The notes: generated from the sequence alone by a model not told the origin. 64,000 bases of DNA from an uncultured Verrucomicrobiota bacterium (GCA_903939515.1 CAJAHH010000111.1:17415-81414); one strand, 5' to 3'. Shown: positions 37,143-47,139, counted from the first letter of the stretch. Translations and numbers: made by a program.

Positions 37143-38495
37143 TCACGCCAAGACCTCCCGGATGGGTTCGGCCCGGTCTTCGACGCGGCGGAAACTCGGC
37201 AAATCTCCGATGTCGTACAGAGCGTAGGGATCGATTCCCAAAGCGGAGAAAATTGTCGCGAAGAGGTTCTTCTCGTTGAAGGCCTGGCCATCCACTTCGG
37301 CCCCTTCGGCATCGGTACCGCCCACCACCACACCTCGCTTGATCCCGCACCCGGCGAGCATCAAGGACCACGCCTTGGAATAGTGGTCGCGACCCCGGGC
37401 CTGATTGAGCCAGGGCGTGCGGCCGAATTCTCCCATGGCCACCACGAGGGTGGAATCGAGCAAGCCCCGCTGCTCGAGGTCGGTGATTAACTGGAAGATC
37501 ACGTTGTCGAGCTCCGGCGTGAGCATTTGGTAAATCTCGTTGTGGAACACGTGGCTGTCCCAAGGCATGCCGTTGGAGACCATCACGAAGGGCGCGCCAT
37601 TCTCGACCAGATGCCGGGCTTGAAGCGTGTGCTGGGCGAAGGCTCCGGGGCCGTAGCGTTCGCGATCCTTGGCCGGGAGCTTCTCGAGGTCGAAGAGGTC
37701 GGCACAGCTCATCAGTCCCTTGACTCGCTCGAACACGGCATTCTGCGACGCGGCCGCGGCCGACTTGCGGTCATTCTCGTACTTCCGAGTCAGGAAACGG
37801 CGCAGGGCGTTGCGCGATTCATGATCTCCGGCCGACAAGTCAGCCTGCCGCAGCACGTTCTCGATGCGGTAGTCGCCGCCCACGCGAACCGGGCCATACT
37901 GCGCGCCCAACCATCCGGCCCAGTTGCCGGCCTTGAATTCCTTGAACTCGTTCCCTTCGGGACACGGATCGAGCAGGATGAAATTGGGCACCGGATTGTC
38001 GAGATGCCCCAACTGCTGGGCCAGCACCGACCCGAGCACCGGACGCACGAAGGGCGGCCGGGGAGCCGAGCCCCGATTGAGCAAGTTGATGCCCTGCAGG
38101 TGCTCGTTCTGGTCGGTCTTCATGCAGCGCACCACCGCGAGCTTGTCAGCGATGGTGGCGCATCGGGACATCAAGCTGCTGAAGTGGACGCCGGGAAGCT
38201 TCGTGGGGATCGAGCGAAACGGACCGGCACTAATACGTCCGGGCTTGGGATCCCACGTTTCGAATTGGCTCGGCGCACCGCAAAGCCACAAGAGGATGCA
38301 CCGCTTGGCCGTGCGTTTGGCCTGCTGGGCAAAGGCCGGCAGCGAGAAGAGCCCTGCCCAACTGCCGAGCGACACTGTTCCGGCAGCGCCCAGGCCGGTC
38401 AGAAACTTCCGCCGGTGCAGGACGTGATCGGGTTGACCGCAGGTGGCACCGGCCATTCCGGGGATGGTGGAGTGCGGGTCTTGGGGCGGTGTCAT
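37143..38495 (-). CDS. DUF1501 domain protein with Tat signal
   Basis: 450 aa with leader HRRKFLTGLGAAG. Paralogous in layout to 10568-12028 (LWLCGAPSQFETWDPKP, GRDHYSKAW). Confidence 0.85.
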   Translation of the reverse strand: MTPPQDPHSTIPGMAGATCGQPDHVLHRRKFLTGLGAAGTVSLGSWAGLFSLPAFAQQAKRTAKRCILLWLCGAPSQFETWDPKPGRISAGPFRSIPTKLPGVHFSSLMSRCATIADKLAVVRCMKTDQNEHLQGINLLNRGSAPRPPFVRPVLGSVLAQQLGHLDNPVPNFILLDPCPEGNEFKEFKAGNWAGWLGAQYGPVRVGGDYRIENVLRQADLSAGDHESRNALRRFLTRKYENDRKSAAAASQNAVFERVKGLMSCADLFDLEKLPAKDRERYGPGAFAQHTLQARHLVENGAPFVMVSNGMPWDSHVFHNEIYQMLTPELDNVIFQLITDLEQRGLLDSTLVVAMGEFGRTPWLNQARGRDHYSKAWSLMLAGCGIKRGVVVGGTDAEGAEVDGQAFNEKNLFATIFSALGIDPYALYDIGDLPSFRRVEDRAEPIREVLA

Positions 38496-38499
38496 GACG

Positions 38500-40506
38500 T
38501 CAGTGGTTCACCTGGAATTCCGCCCCGGACAACAACGCCCACAGGAACTGCGAACGCCCCCCCGGCCCCGGATGATCAGCCAAGTAGGCCAGACTGGCTT
38601 GAAATTCTTCGCGATCCGGGCTGCGGCCCAATACGGCTTGGAAGGCAGTTTTCACTCGGGCCTTGTCATCAGGCAACGCGGACAGACGTTCTGCCAAATT
38701 GCCCGCCTGGGGCTGGAGCAGCGGCTCGAGGATCGGCGAGTTAGACAAAAACAAAGCCTGCTGGAGGGTGGCATTGTATTCCGGGGCGAACAGGTTGGGG
38801 AAATCCCGCACCAGCGCGCGCCGAACCGAAGCATCGTCCCGCGCCGATCCCGACTTGCCGTCCGCTTTCCAGGGGCCGGTGGCCAGAATTAGCGAACGGC
38901 CCAACTGTTCGGCCGACAAAGGCTTCTCGATGGCCCGGGCAAAGGCCTCGTCGGCCGGAGGTTTGCCGGGCGCGGGGCGCGAATCGAGTTGGTAGGCTTG
39001 AGAGAGCACCAAATTGCGGATCAATCGCCGCACATCGTAGCCGCTGTGCTCGAAGTCTTGGGCCAACCAGTCCAGCAATTCGGGGTGACTGGGAGCATGC
39101 TGGGAATCCATGAGGTCCACCGGATGAACCAATCCGCGCCCCAGAAACATCGCCCACACGCGATTCACCGCGGCCCGGGCCAGCAACGGGTTGTCGCGGG
39201 TCACCGCCTCGGCCAAGGCTTGCCGGCGCGAAAACTGCGGCTCGGCCGGCGCTGGCGGGCGCTCCTTGTTCTTCGGCGGCGGCACCCGGTACTTATCGGG
39301 GGCATCCACTTCTTTGACCCCTTCGGCCGGCCAGGGTTCATCAATCGAACGGCCATTGAAAAACACCAACCGGGCCTGCTGGGACTCTTTCTTGAGATTG
39401 GCGAAGCTCACAAACCCGCCGATGGCCGACTCGGCAAGCCCGGGGCCTGCCTCAGAATCCACGTTCTTGGAACGGTTGAAGGCCGCGACCATTCCCCAGT
39501 AATGGGCCTGCTTGATCTCGCGGGCCACCATGTGGTCGTGGCATTGGGCGCACCCGATCTGAACACCAAAGACCAGCGGGGCCACCGCCTCAGCCATGGC
39601 CTGCGGATTGTTCTGCCGCTCGTAGAGAAATTGCACCAGACCGCGCTGATCTGGCTTCGCCGGCCGCGCCACGATGAGGTCGCGCACCAGGCCGTCCCAA
39701 GGGCGATTCTCGCGGAAGGATGCCTCCAGAAACTCGTTCCACCGATGATCGCGTCGCTGGGCCTCGGCATTGCCTGTCGGGCGTCCCAGCCAGAGCACAT
39801 CGAACATCTCTCGGAGGTGCCGTGGATGCTCGGAATGGGCCAGCAATCCATCGACGGTGGTTTCACGCCGGTTCCGGGCAGGCATCCGTTGAAAACGAGC
39901 CACCTCTTCTTCGGTGGGAATCCGCCCCAGGAGATCTAAATGGATACGCCGCAGCCAAGTCGCGTCATCCGCGCGGGCAGCCGGACGGACCTTGCGGGCT
40001 TTCCAACCCCGTTCCAGAAAGCCATCGATCACAACCGATGCGGCCATTCCTGCCGGAGGCACCCACACGGGTTTGCGCACCTTCGATGAGGTCGACGGAG
40101 TCGATGTCGATTCAGAGGATGCGGCCGCGGCAGGCTTAGCCTGCAGTTTTTCAATACCGGTCCGAATCAAAGCCAGTTGCTCGTCCGACAGCTGCTTCTT
40201 CGGTGGCATGTGCGGATCGGCTCCCGGCTTGAGCAGCAAATACAAACTGCTCTCCTCCGGACGGCCCGGAACAAACCCGGCTCCGCGATCTCCCCCGCGC
40301 AAGGCGTTCTGAAAGGTCGAAAGATCCAGCCGACCCTTGGATCGGGTGGGGCTGTGACACTCGGCGCACTGCTCTTTGAGAATGGGTTCGACATGATCGA
40401 CCCAGAAATCGGCCGCGGACAGTCGCGCTGAGACTAGGCCCAACAACGCCAAACCACGCAGGAGCGGACGAGACCAACGACTCGAATGAAAACACAACAA
40501 GGCCAA
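38500..40506 (-). CDS. PSCyt1 (CxxCH) / DUF1549 / DUF1553 protein
   Basis: 668 aa with a signal peptide, CAECHSPTRSKGRLDL heme-c motif, a CAQCHDHM box and a DUF1553-type C-terminus. It ends 4 nt before the DUF1501 start. Confidence 0.85.
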   Translation of the reverse strand: MALLCFHSSRWSRPLLRGLALLGLVSARLSAADFWVDHVEPILKEQCAECHSPTRSKGRLDLSTFQNALRGGDRGAGFVPGRPEESSLYLLLKPGADPHMPPKKQLSDEQLALIRTGIEKLQAKPAAAASSESTSTPSTSSKVRKPVWVPPAGMAASVVIDGFLERGWKARKVRPAARADDATWLRRIHLDLLGRIPTEEEVARFQRMPARNRRETTVDGLLAHSEHPRHLREMFDVLWLGRPTGNAEAQRRDHRWNEFLEASFRENRPWDGLVRDLIVARPAKPDQRGLVQFLYERQNNPQAMAEAVAPLVFGVQIGCAQCHDHMVAREIKQAHYWGMVAAFNRSKNVDSEAGPGLAESAIGGFVSFANLKKESQQARLVFFNGRSIDEPWPAEGVKEVDAPDKYRVPPPKNKERPPAPAEPQFSRRQALAEAVTRDNPLLARAAVNRVWAMFLGRGLVHPVDLMDSQHAPSHPELLDWLAQDFEHSGYDVRRLIRNLVLSQAYQLDSRPAPGKPPADEAFARAIEKPLSAEQLGRSLILATGPWKADGKSGSARDDASVRRALVRDFPNLFAPEYNATLQQALFLSNSPILEPLLQPQAGNLAERLSALPDDKARVKTAFQAVLGRSPDREEFQASLAYLADHPGPGGRSQFLWALLSGAEFQVNH

Positions 40507-40690
40507 GGCGATGGGTGAATGTTAGGCGTCCTCGAAGAACAACCGCAAGCACTCCAGATCATTCCAGGGCCGGAGAGGCGGAACTCCCATTGGGACGGTG
40601 CATCTGTAGTGACCGGATGCCACAAGTAGCTCCCGCAAGGGGCCGACTGATTTGCGAGACGAAGATCTGGGTTTAGCGTGCCCGAACAAT

Positions 40691-41551
40691 ATGAGTTCCA
40701 CTGCCTCTGCAAGCCATAGAACCTGGTTCATCACCGGCTGTTCTTCCGGGTTCGGTCGCGCCATCGCTGAGGCAGCCCTTCAGGCGGGTGATCGCGTCGT
40801 CTTGACGGCCCGAGATGTTTCCACCATCGAACCTCTCGCAGCCGTCGTTCCGGAACAGGCCCTCGCGCTCGCGCTAGACGTGACGCAAGAAGACCAGATC
40901 CACGCCGCCCTCGATGCGGCCGTCGAACGCTTCGGCCCCTTGGATGTGGTGGTCAATAACGCCGGCTACGGATTGATTGGGGCCATCGAGGAATGCCAGC
41001 CCGACCAAATTCGGCGCTGCATGGAGACCAACTTCTTCGGGACACTGAATGTCATCCGGGCCGTCTTGCCCCGACTCCGAGCCCAGCGCGCCGGGCATAT
41101 CGTCAACTTGAGCGCGGCAGCGGCCATTTCGAATTATGCCGGATTCGGGGTCTATGGCGCAGCCAAAGCAGCCGTGGAAGCGTTGTCTGAAAGCCTTCGC
41201 GCCGAAACGCTCGCCTTGGGCATTCGGGTCACCTTGGTCGAGCCAGGCCCTTTCCGGACGGACTTCATCGGCCGTTCCCTGGAGCCGGTTCCCCAGCGAT
41301 TGACCGATTACGACCGCAGTTCTGGCAAGTTCGCCCAGTTCCTGAAGGTCATCGACGGCAAACAGCCGGGCGATCCGGCCCGAGCCGCTCAGGCCATCGT
41401 GACCATGGTGCACGCGGGCAATCCGCCCTTCCGCATGCCACTGGGGCGCTACGTGGTCAAAAAGCTGCGGGACCGGGCCGCGGAACTGAACAAGGTCGCC
41501 GACGAGCAGGAATCGATCGCCACCGCCACCGATTTCCAAACGGGCGGATGA
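40691..41551 (+). CDS. SDR-family short-chain dehydrogenase/reductase
   Basis: Start at MSSTASASHRTWFITGCSSGFG (TGxxxGxG). Contains NNAG and the YGAAK catalytic motif. The stop overlaps the next start (ATGA). Confidence 0.85.
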   Translation: MSSTASASHRTWFITGCSSGFGRAIAEAALQAGDRVVLTARDVSTIEPLAAVVPEQALALALDVTQEDQIHAALDAAVERFGPLDVVVNNAGYGLIGAIEECQPDQIRRCMETNFFGTLNVIRAVLPRLRAQRAGHIVNLSAAAAISNYAGFGVYGAAKAAVEALSESLRAETLALGIRVTLVEPGPFRTDFIGRSLEPVPQRLTDYDRSSGKFAQFLKVIDGKQPGDPARAAQAIVTMVHAGNPPFRMPLGRYVVKKLRDRAAELNKVADEQESIATATDFQTGG

Positions 41552-43188
41552 TGCTACCGACTTCAACAGCCCCAGTCCACCCCTGCCTACGGCTCATCGT
41601 GGTGTTGGGAGACCAGTTGGACGCCGATTCCACGGTGTTCGAAGGTTTCGATCCGGAGCACGACTGGATCTGGATGGCCGAGGTCTCGGGCGAGGCCACG
41701 CATGTGTGGAACTCCCAGTGCCGGATTTCGATGTTTCTGGCGGCCATGCGCCACTTTCGCGACCGGCTTCGCGAGCGGGGTTGGCCGGTGGCCTATCGGC
41801 AACTGAACGTGTCGGATTCGCACTGGAGCTTCGGTGACAGAGCCGACCTCGGGCTTGCCGAAGGTGCGGAGACCTTGGCAAGCCAACTGGCCCTCACGCT
41901 CGATCGACTGCGTCCGGCAGAAGTCCATGCGGTGGATCCCGGAGAGTGGCGATTGAAGGATCAACTGCAGGAAGTCGCCCGGGCCGCGGGTATCCCTTGG
42001 GTGGCCCGACCCGATCAGCATTTTTTCAGCTCCCCCGAGGACTTCGCCACTCACGCCCGAGGCCGGAAGCAACTGCGACTGGAGTTCTTCTACCGCGAAC
42101 TGCGGCAACGCACGGGGTTCCTGATGGACGGAGATCAACCGGCCGGTGGCCAATGGAACTACGACGCCGAAAACCGGGAGTCGTTTAGCCGGGAAGGCCC
42201 CGGTTTCGTGCCCGCCCCACGCCGGTTTGCTCCGGATGCGCTCACCCAGGAAGTCTTGGCGATGGTCCAACATCGATTCGGTTCCCACCCCGGCTCCGTG
42301 GCGGCCTTCGACTGGCCCCTGACCGCGGCCGAAGCCCAGTCGACCTTAGAGGATTTCATTGCGCATCGACTGCCGGAGTTCGGTCGTTGGCAAGATGCCA
42401 TGTGGGTGGGCGAACCCTGGCTCTACCACTCCCGCCTCAGCGCCGTGCTCAATCTCAAGCTGCTGCATCCGCGGACAGTCTTGGACGCGACCGAAAACGC
42501 CTACCGCTCCGGGCGAGTGCCCCTGCCGGCGGCCGAAGGGTTTCTCCGGCAAATTCTCGGATGGCGGGAATATGTGCGCGGCGTGTATTGGCATTCGATG
42601 CCGGGCTACTTCGAGCGGAACGCCTTGGGAGCTCATCAACCGCTGCCCCAGTTTTTTTGGACCGGCGACACCGAGTTCAACTGCCTGCGCCACTCGCTCC
42701 GCCAAACGCTCGACCTGGGCTACGCGCACCACATCCAACGCCTCATGGTCACGGGGCTTTTTTCGCTGCTGGTGGGCGTGCACCCCAAGGAAGTCCACGG
42801 TTGGTACTTGGCGGTCTATGTGGACGCGGTGGAATGGGTCGAGCTGCCCAACACGCTGGGCATGTCCCAGTATGCAGACGGGGGCGTGATGGCTTCGAAG
42901 CCCTACATCGCCACCGGAAAATACATCCAACGGATGTCGAACTACTGCCAGGGCTGCCGCTTCGACCCGGCCCAGGCCACGGGCCCCAAGGCCTGTCCGT
43001 TCACCACGTTGTATTGGGACTTCCTGGTCCGGCACAAAGCGCTCATGGCCAAGAATCCCCGCATGAGCTTGCAAGTCCGCAATCTGGCCAGACTTTCGGC
43101 AGAACAACTCGCGGCCATCGGCCGAGAGGCCTCTGAGCTGCGCGCTCGACTGGCCGAATCCGCCTCGCCAAACCGCGCCGCATCTTGA
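41548..43188 (+). CDS. Cryptochrome/photolyase family protein, FeS-BCP / (6-4) photolyase-like (COG3046)
   Basis: 546 aa. The C-terminal Cys cluster ...NYCQGCRFDP...KACPFTTLYWDF is characteristic of the iron-sulfur bacterial cryptochrome/photolyase group. Confidence 0.8.
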   Translation: MMLPTSTAPVHPCLRLIVVLGDQLDADSTVFEGFDPEHDWIWMAEVSGEATHVWNSQCRISMFLAAMRHFRDRLRERGWPVAYRQLNVSDSHWSFGDRADLGLAEGAETLASQLALTLDRLRPAEVHAVDPGEWRLKDQLQEVARAAGIPWVARPDQHFFSSPEDFATHARGRKQLRLEFFYRELRQRTGFLMDGDQPAGGQWNYDAENRESFSREGPGFVPAPRRFAPDALTQEVLAMVQHRFGSHPGSVAAFDWPLTAAEAQSTLEDFIAHRLPEFGRWQDAMWVGEPWLYHSRLSAVLNLKLLHPRTVLDATENAYRSGRVPLPAAEGFLRQILGWREYVRGVYWHSMPGYFERNALGAHQPLPQFFWTGDTEFNCLRHSLRQTLDLGYAHHIQRLMVTGLFSLLVGVHPKEVHGWYLAVYVDAVEWVELPNTLGMSQYADGGVMASKPYIATGKYIQRMSNYCQGCRFDPAQATGPKACPFTTLYWDFLVRHKALMAKNPRMSLQVRNLARLSAEQLAAIGREASELRARLAESASPNRAAS

Positions 43189-43245
43189 GAAGCGGGTCGG
43201 CGCCCGAGTCCTGGGCACCGACCCGTCGAAAACACCCGTAAAACT

Positions 43246-43683
43246 TCAGCGTTCGGCCTTGTCCATCTTCGCGGTAGACTTGCTGGCCTTGGCGACCGGC
43301 TTGTCGTACTTGCCACCCGCACTGGCTCGGACCAAGACCTCACCGCCGGCCTCGGTCTTCTGAAGCATGCCACGCAGGTAATCGCCGGGTTTAACGTCGT
43401 CGAGTCGAACCGCTGCGCCATCGCGTTCGATCAGGCTCTCTTCAGATACCTCGATTGGCCGAGTGCCCGACTTCTTGGCCAGCACGATGCTTTTTCCTTC
43501 CACAGCGGCCACCTCACCGCGGAACGGATACGTTGATTTGCGGGCGGACATGCGGCGGGTTTCGCCGGTTTTGGCAGCAGCCCCAGGAGTCGTGGCTTCG
43601 GCCGCGGCCATTGAACCGGCCACGCCCAAGATGAGGGCTGCCAATGCGAGGCGATGGATGATGGAGTTTTGGAGGGTCTTCAT
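43246..43683 (-). CDS. Hypothetical secreted protein
   Basis: Start chosen at MKTLQNSIIHRLALAALILGVAGSMAA (signal peptide). No family recognised. Confidence 0.45.
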   Translation of the reverse strand: MKTLQNSIIHRLALAALILGVAGSMAAAEATTPGAAAKTGETRRMSARKSTYPFRGEVAAVEGKSIVLAKKSGTRPIEVSEESLIERDGAAVRLDDVKPGDYLRGMLQKTEAGGEVLVRASAGGKYDKPVAKASKSTAKMDKAER

Positions 43684-44078
43684 GACGATACTTGTTTGTT
43701 GATGTTGTTGTTGTTGGCTCACCCCACTTCGGGTGGCTGTGTAGGGATTCGCAGCAGCCTTGGGCAACCTTTCAAACTTTCGGCAAATCCTGATAAATTG
43801 TCGGCTCGCCAAAATAATGGTGAGGCCGGCGGTAACTCAGTGTGCACTCCTTGGGAGGAGCCTCAAGAGGCCCTGGTTACTGGTGAGGGTCGCCCCACCT
43901 CTGTAGGTCCAACGGTTCAACTGGCTCCATGATTGCCACGCTAAGATCCTTCTCAATTTGCCTCAAATGGGCCAAAAAAACGCCCGACACGGTGCCCGAT
44001 CGGTGACCCCGCTCTTAGCAATTCTTTCAGCGGAGAGCCCCCTTCCAGGATCTGAGGCCAAACAACCCAAACAACCCG

Positions 44079-44108
44079 TTGACAAGGCAGGCCGAGACAC
44101 CTTATTAA
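44079..44108 (+). promoter_or_regulatory. Candidate sigma70 promoter of rpsT
   Basis: TTGACA (44079-84), a 17-nt spacer, then TTATTA(A), about 25 nt upstream of the rpsT ATG. Confidence 0.5.
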
Positions 44109-44132
44109 CTTTGTCTTTTCTAGGAACCGATT

Positions 44133-44501
44133 ATGCCGAATACGAAGTCAGCCGAGAAACGCGTCCGTAGCAACGCCCGCAAGGCCACTCGCAATCAGTC
44201 CGTCAAGTCGAGCGTGAAGACCTTCGAGAAGAAGTTTTTGGAGCTCGCAACCGCCGGCAAGTTGGATGAAGCCAAGGCGGCTCTTTCTGTGGTGACCTCT
44301 GCCTATGCCCGCGCCGCCAAGGGTGGTGTGCTCAAGCGCGAGACTGCCAGCCGTAAGGCTTCCCGCCTGCAGTTGCATCTCAATCGGGTCACCACAGCCA
44401 AGACTGCCGCTCCCCAGGATGCTGCTCCGAAGGCTGCTGCTCCCCAAGCTGTCGCTCCGAAAGCTACCGCTTCCAAGGCTTCCAAGGCTTCCAAGGCTTG
44501 A
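44133..44501 (+). CDS. rpsT: 30S ribosomal protein S20 with Ala/Pro/Lys-rich C-terminal extension
   Basis: MPNTKSAEKRVRSNARKATRNQSVKSSVKT... is canonical S20. About 36 extra residues follow: TTAKTAAPQDAAPKAAAPQAVAPKATASKASKASKA. Confidence 0.9.
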   Translation: MPNTKSAEKRVRSNARKATRNQSVKSSVKTFEKKFLELATAGKLDEAKAALSVVTSAYARAAKGGVLKRETASRKASRLQLHLNRVTTAKTAAPQDAAPKAAAPQAVAPKATASKASKASKA

Positions 44502-44505
44502 TTCA

Positions 44506-44551
44506 TTCGAAGGGTCCCTGCTTGGATGAAAAACCAGCGGGACCGTTCGAA
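44506..44551 (+). other. Long hairpin immediately after the rpsT stop (no U-tract)
   Basis: TTCGAAGGGTCCC...GGGACCGTTCGAA forms 6+6 bp arms with one mismatch. It could be an mRNA 3' stabiliser or a weak terminator. Confidence 0.3.
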
Positions 44552-44768
44552 ACAGTTCAACCCAGTTCTCTGCCTCCCTTCTCTCAAAATCCAAATTTCT
44601 CTTCCAAGACGAATTTGATACTGGCGAGAGCAGATAGAAACGCCGAACCCATCGCGAATTCAACGGGCAGACATCTCAATTTCAAGAGGTGCAGGGGGTT
44701 CGCCCTCAAAGTTCGTCGCCCTCAAAGTTCGAGTATCTAAGGCTCGACTGAGGTTCGATTGACCCAAC

Positions 44769-44798
44769 AAAAACGGCACCACTCGGTGCCGTTTTTGT
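44769..44798. terminator. Bidirectional intrinsic terminator between convergent rpsT and folE2
   Basis: AAAAACGGCACC-ACTC-GGTGCCGTTTTT is a perfect stem flanked by an A-tract and a T-tract, so it is functional in both directions. Confidence 0.7.
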
Positions 44799-44967
44799 TA
44801 TTTAGAGACTGTTATTTATCGACTGATGGGAGGGCCATCGAGGGGCCAATCCTTGACCCCGCACTAGTCCCCTTTCGCCCCACTGCCCCCTTCACCGGCC
44901 CCATAGAATCTTGGAAGGCAAGTCGCCAAAAGGGTTCTATTTTTTGCCCCCTTCAGCGAGAGCTTGA

Positions 44968-45735
44968 TCACGCTTTACGGATGCAGGCGTAGGCGTTGTG
45001 ATTATGGATGCTCTCCTGATTCTCGGCCTCCACCTGATACCAAAAAATATCCGGATGCTCGTTGAGCCGCAGGGCCAAGTTGCGGACGAGATCCTCCACG
45101 AAAACTGGGTTCTCGTAGGCCCGCTCGGTCACCGCTTTTTCATCGACTCGCTTGAGCAGCGAATACATCTCGCTGGAGCCACAGGATTCGATCCAGCGAA
45201 TCAAATCTTCAATCCAGATGAGCTTGCTGGAGCGAATTTGCACAGTGACCTCACCGCGTTGATTATGGGCCCCATATTGGCTGATGGCCTTCGAACACGG
45301 GCACAGCGTGGTGACATTGGCTTTGACGGTGAGGACAAAATCCAGTTTTCCCCCTTCCAAGGCAGCATCAAAGCCCACCTCGTAGTCCATCACGCCTTCC
45401 TTACCAGAAACGGGGGCTTTCTTGGTCATGAAGAACGGAAATCGCATCTCCAAATGGGCTGCATGGGCATGGAGACGGGTCTGCATGGCCTTCAGAATAT
45501 CTGGGATATTCTCCACATGAATGACGGACCCATGCGAATTGAGCACCTCGACAAACCGACTCATGTGAGTTCCCTTGAACTCCTCGGGCAAGTCGACGAA
45601 GAGTCCGATGGTGGCCACGGTGTTCTGCAACTCGTGAGCCTTGTCCCGGATCTGAACTGGAAAGCGCAGGTTACGGACCCCTACCTTATCGATGCGCAGT
45701 TGCCGATGATCGCGCTCGCTTTGCTGGTCGGACAT
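44968..45735 (-). CDS. folE2: GTP cyclohydrolase I type 2 (FolE2/MptA family)
   Basis: Start chosen at MSDQQSERDHRQLRIDKVGV. Contains RFPFFMTKKAPVSG and TTLCPCSKAISQYGAHNQRG, typical of FolE2. Confidence 0.85.
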   Translation of the reverse strand: MSDQQSERDHRQLRIDKVGVRNLRFPVQIRDKAHELQNTVATIGLFVDLPEEFKGTHMSRFVEVLNSHGSVIHVENIPDILKAMQTRLHAHAAHLEMRFPFFMTKKAPVSGKEGVMDYEVGFDAALEGGKLDFVLTVKANVTTLCPCSKAISQYGAHNQRGEVTVQIRSSKLIWIEDLIRWIESCGSSEMYSLLKRVDEKAVTERAYENPVFVEDLVRNLALRLNEHPDIFWYQVEAENQESIHNHNAYACIRKA

Positions 45736-45884
45736 CGTATCCGTCTTCGGATGGGCTAAGCCTCCCGTCGCAACTAGGGCCGGAACTGTTTCGGAGTGTT
45801 CTTGAGTCAACACGGTTAATCTTATCATCACGAAATCATCGTGCAAAAAAAGAATCCGGTGACTTTGAGCGAAGAGTATAAAGT

Positions 45885-46805
45885 ATGAATCATTATCGAC
45901 TGTTCCTAGCCCACCTTCTCGGGGCGTTGCTGCTCAGCGCCGAGACGCCGCGTTTCAAGGTTGTTACCTACAACGTGGAGAATTACCTCGTAGAGCGCTC
46001 CGGAACCCGGGCTCCCAAGCCCGAGGCGGCCCGCCGCAAGGTCACCGAAACCCTCACCGCTCTCCGGCCCGATGTCTTGGCAATCCAGGAGATCGGCCCC
46101 ACCAACGCCCTCTTGGAACTCCAGTCCCGTCTCCGTCAGGCCGGCCTAGACCTGCCCCACTGGGAACATGTCTCCGGCTACGACACCAATATTTTCGTAG
46201 CCGTCTTGAGTCGCTTTCCCATCGTCGCTCGTCGTCCCCATGCCCAAGAAAATTTTCTACTAGAAGGCCGTCGATTCAAAACGAGCCGCGGGCTCTTGGA
46301 AGTGGATCTGGAAGTCAGTCCGTCTTACCGATTCACGCTATTCACTGCACATCTGAAGTCTAAGCGCACCATCGGCTCTGCCGATCAGGCCGAGATGCGC
46401 GAGCAGGAAGCGCGGGTCTTGCGACGCTTGGTGGATTCCCGGCTCGCCGCAGAACCCAAAGCCAATGTGCTCATCTGCGGGGATTTCAACGACACCAAGG
46501 ACAGCCCCGCCCTGAAGGCGCTGTTGGGCCGATCCGGCAATCGATCGCTCGTCGACACCCGCCCGGTAGAGCGCAATGGCGATCAGGCAGCCTCTGAGAA
46601 TCCCCGCTGGGATCCGCGTCATGTGAGCTGGACTCATTTTTACGGCAAAGAAGACACCTACAGCCGCCTCGACTACATCCTGCTCAGCACCGGCATGGCG
46701 CGGGAGTGGCGCCGCGAAGGAAGTTATCTTCCCACACTGCCTGACTGGGGTGTGGCCTCTGACCACCGGCCCGTGGTGTGCGAGTTCGAGGCCGAGGAAC
46801 GCTAA
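45885..46805 (+). CDS. Endonuclease/exonuclease/phosphatase (EEP) family protein
   Basis: 306 aa with a signal peptide, TYNVENY, DVLAIQEI, GDFND and C-terminal SDHRPV. Confidence 0.8.
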   Translation: MNHYRLFLAHLLGALLLSAETPRFKVVTYNVENYLVERSGTRAPKPEAARRKVTETLTALRPDVLAIQEIGPTNALLELQSRLRQAGLDLPHWEHVSGYDTNIFVAVLSRFPIVARRPHAQENFLLEGRRFKTSRGLLEVDLEVSPSYRFTLFTAHLKSKRTIGSADQAEMREQEARVLRRLVDSRLAAEPKANVLICGDFNDTKDSPALKALLGRSGNRSLVDTRPVERNGDQAASENPRWDPRHVSWTHFYGKEDTYSRLDYILLSTGMAREWRREGSYLPTLPDWGVASDHRPVVCEFEAEER

Positions 46806-46842
46806 TACCCGTCCCCAGCGAACCACGACAGCCGAAGACGGG

Positions 46843-47076
46843 TCACGGCTTGGGTAGCAGGGAATCCCGATCCACCGTCAACGCCTCGATGACGGAATCC
46901 TTTAATCCGGCACCGGCGTCCTGATCCAGGTGCCGGAACAGGGCCAATCGCATTCGCGGATCCCAGAAGCGCTTGATGTGGCCGCTGATTCCGGCCAACC
47001 GTGCCGCTCGATCCGTATCGGCGTCAAAGAACGTGGCTATATCATTGGCCATCCTGACGAGTTTGTTCGGATCCAT
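46843..47076 (-). CDS. fdsD: Formate dehydrogenase delta subunit
   Basis: 77 aa. LVRMANDIATFF...HIKRFWDPRMR matches the FdsD family. It sits directly downstream of fdsA. Confidence 0.8.
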   Translation of the reverse strand: MDPNKLVRMANDIATFFDADTDRAARLAGISGHIKRFWDPRMRLALFRHLDQDAGAGLKDSVIEALTVDRDSLLPKP

Positions 47077-47139
47077 GGATTCGGAGGTGCTTGAAGGGAT
47101 GCGGTGCGTCCGATTGAACTCAACCGGCGCAGGCCTGGT

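Noticed and set aside
44552-44768. Possible ~220-nt sRNA between the rpsT hairpin and the strong terminator at 44769-44798
   Set aside because: The terminator is symmetric (A-tract/T-tract) and lies between convergent rpsT and folE2. A shared bidirectional terminator explains it without invoking an sRNA. I saw no promoter.
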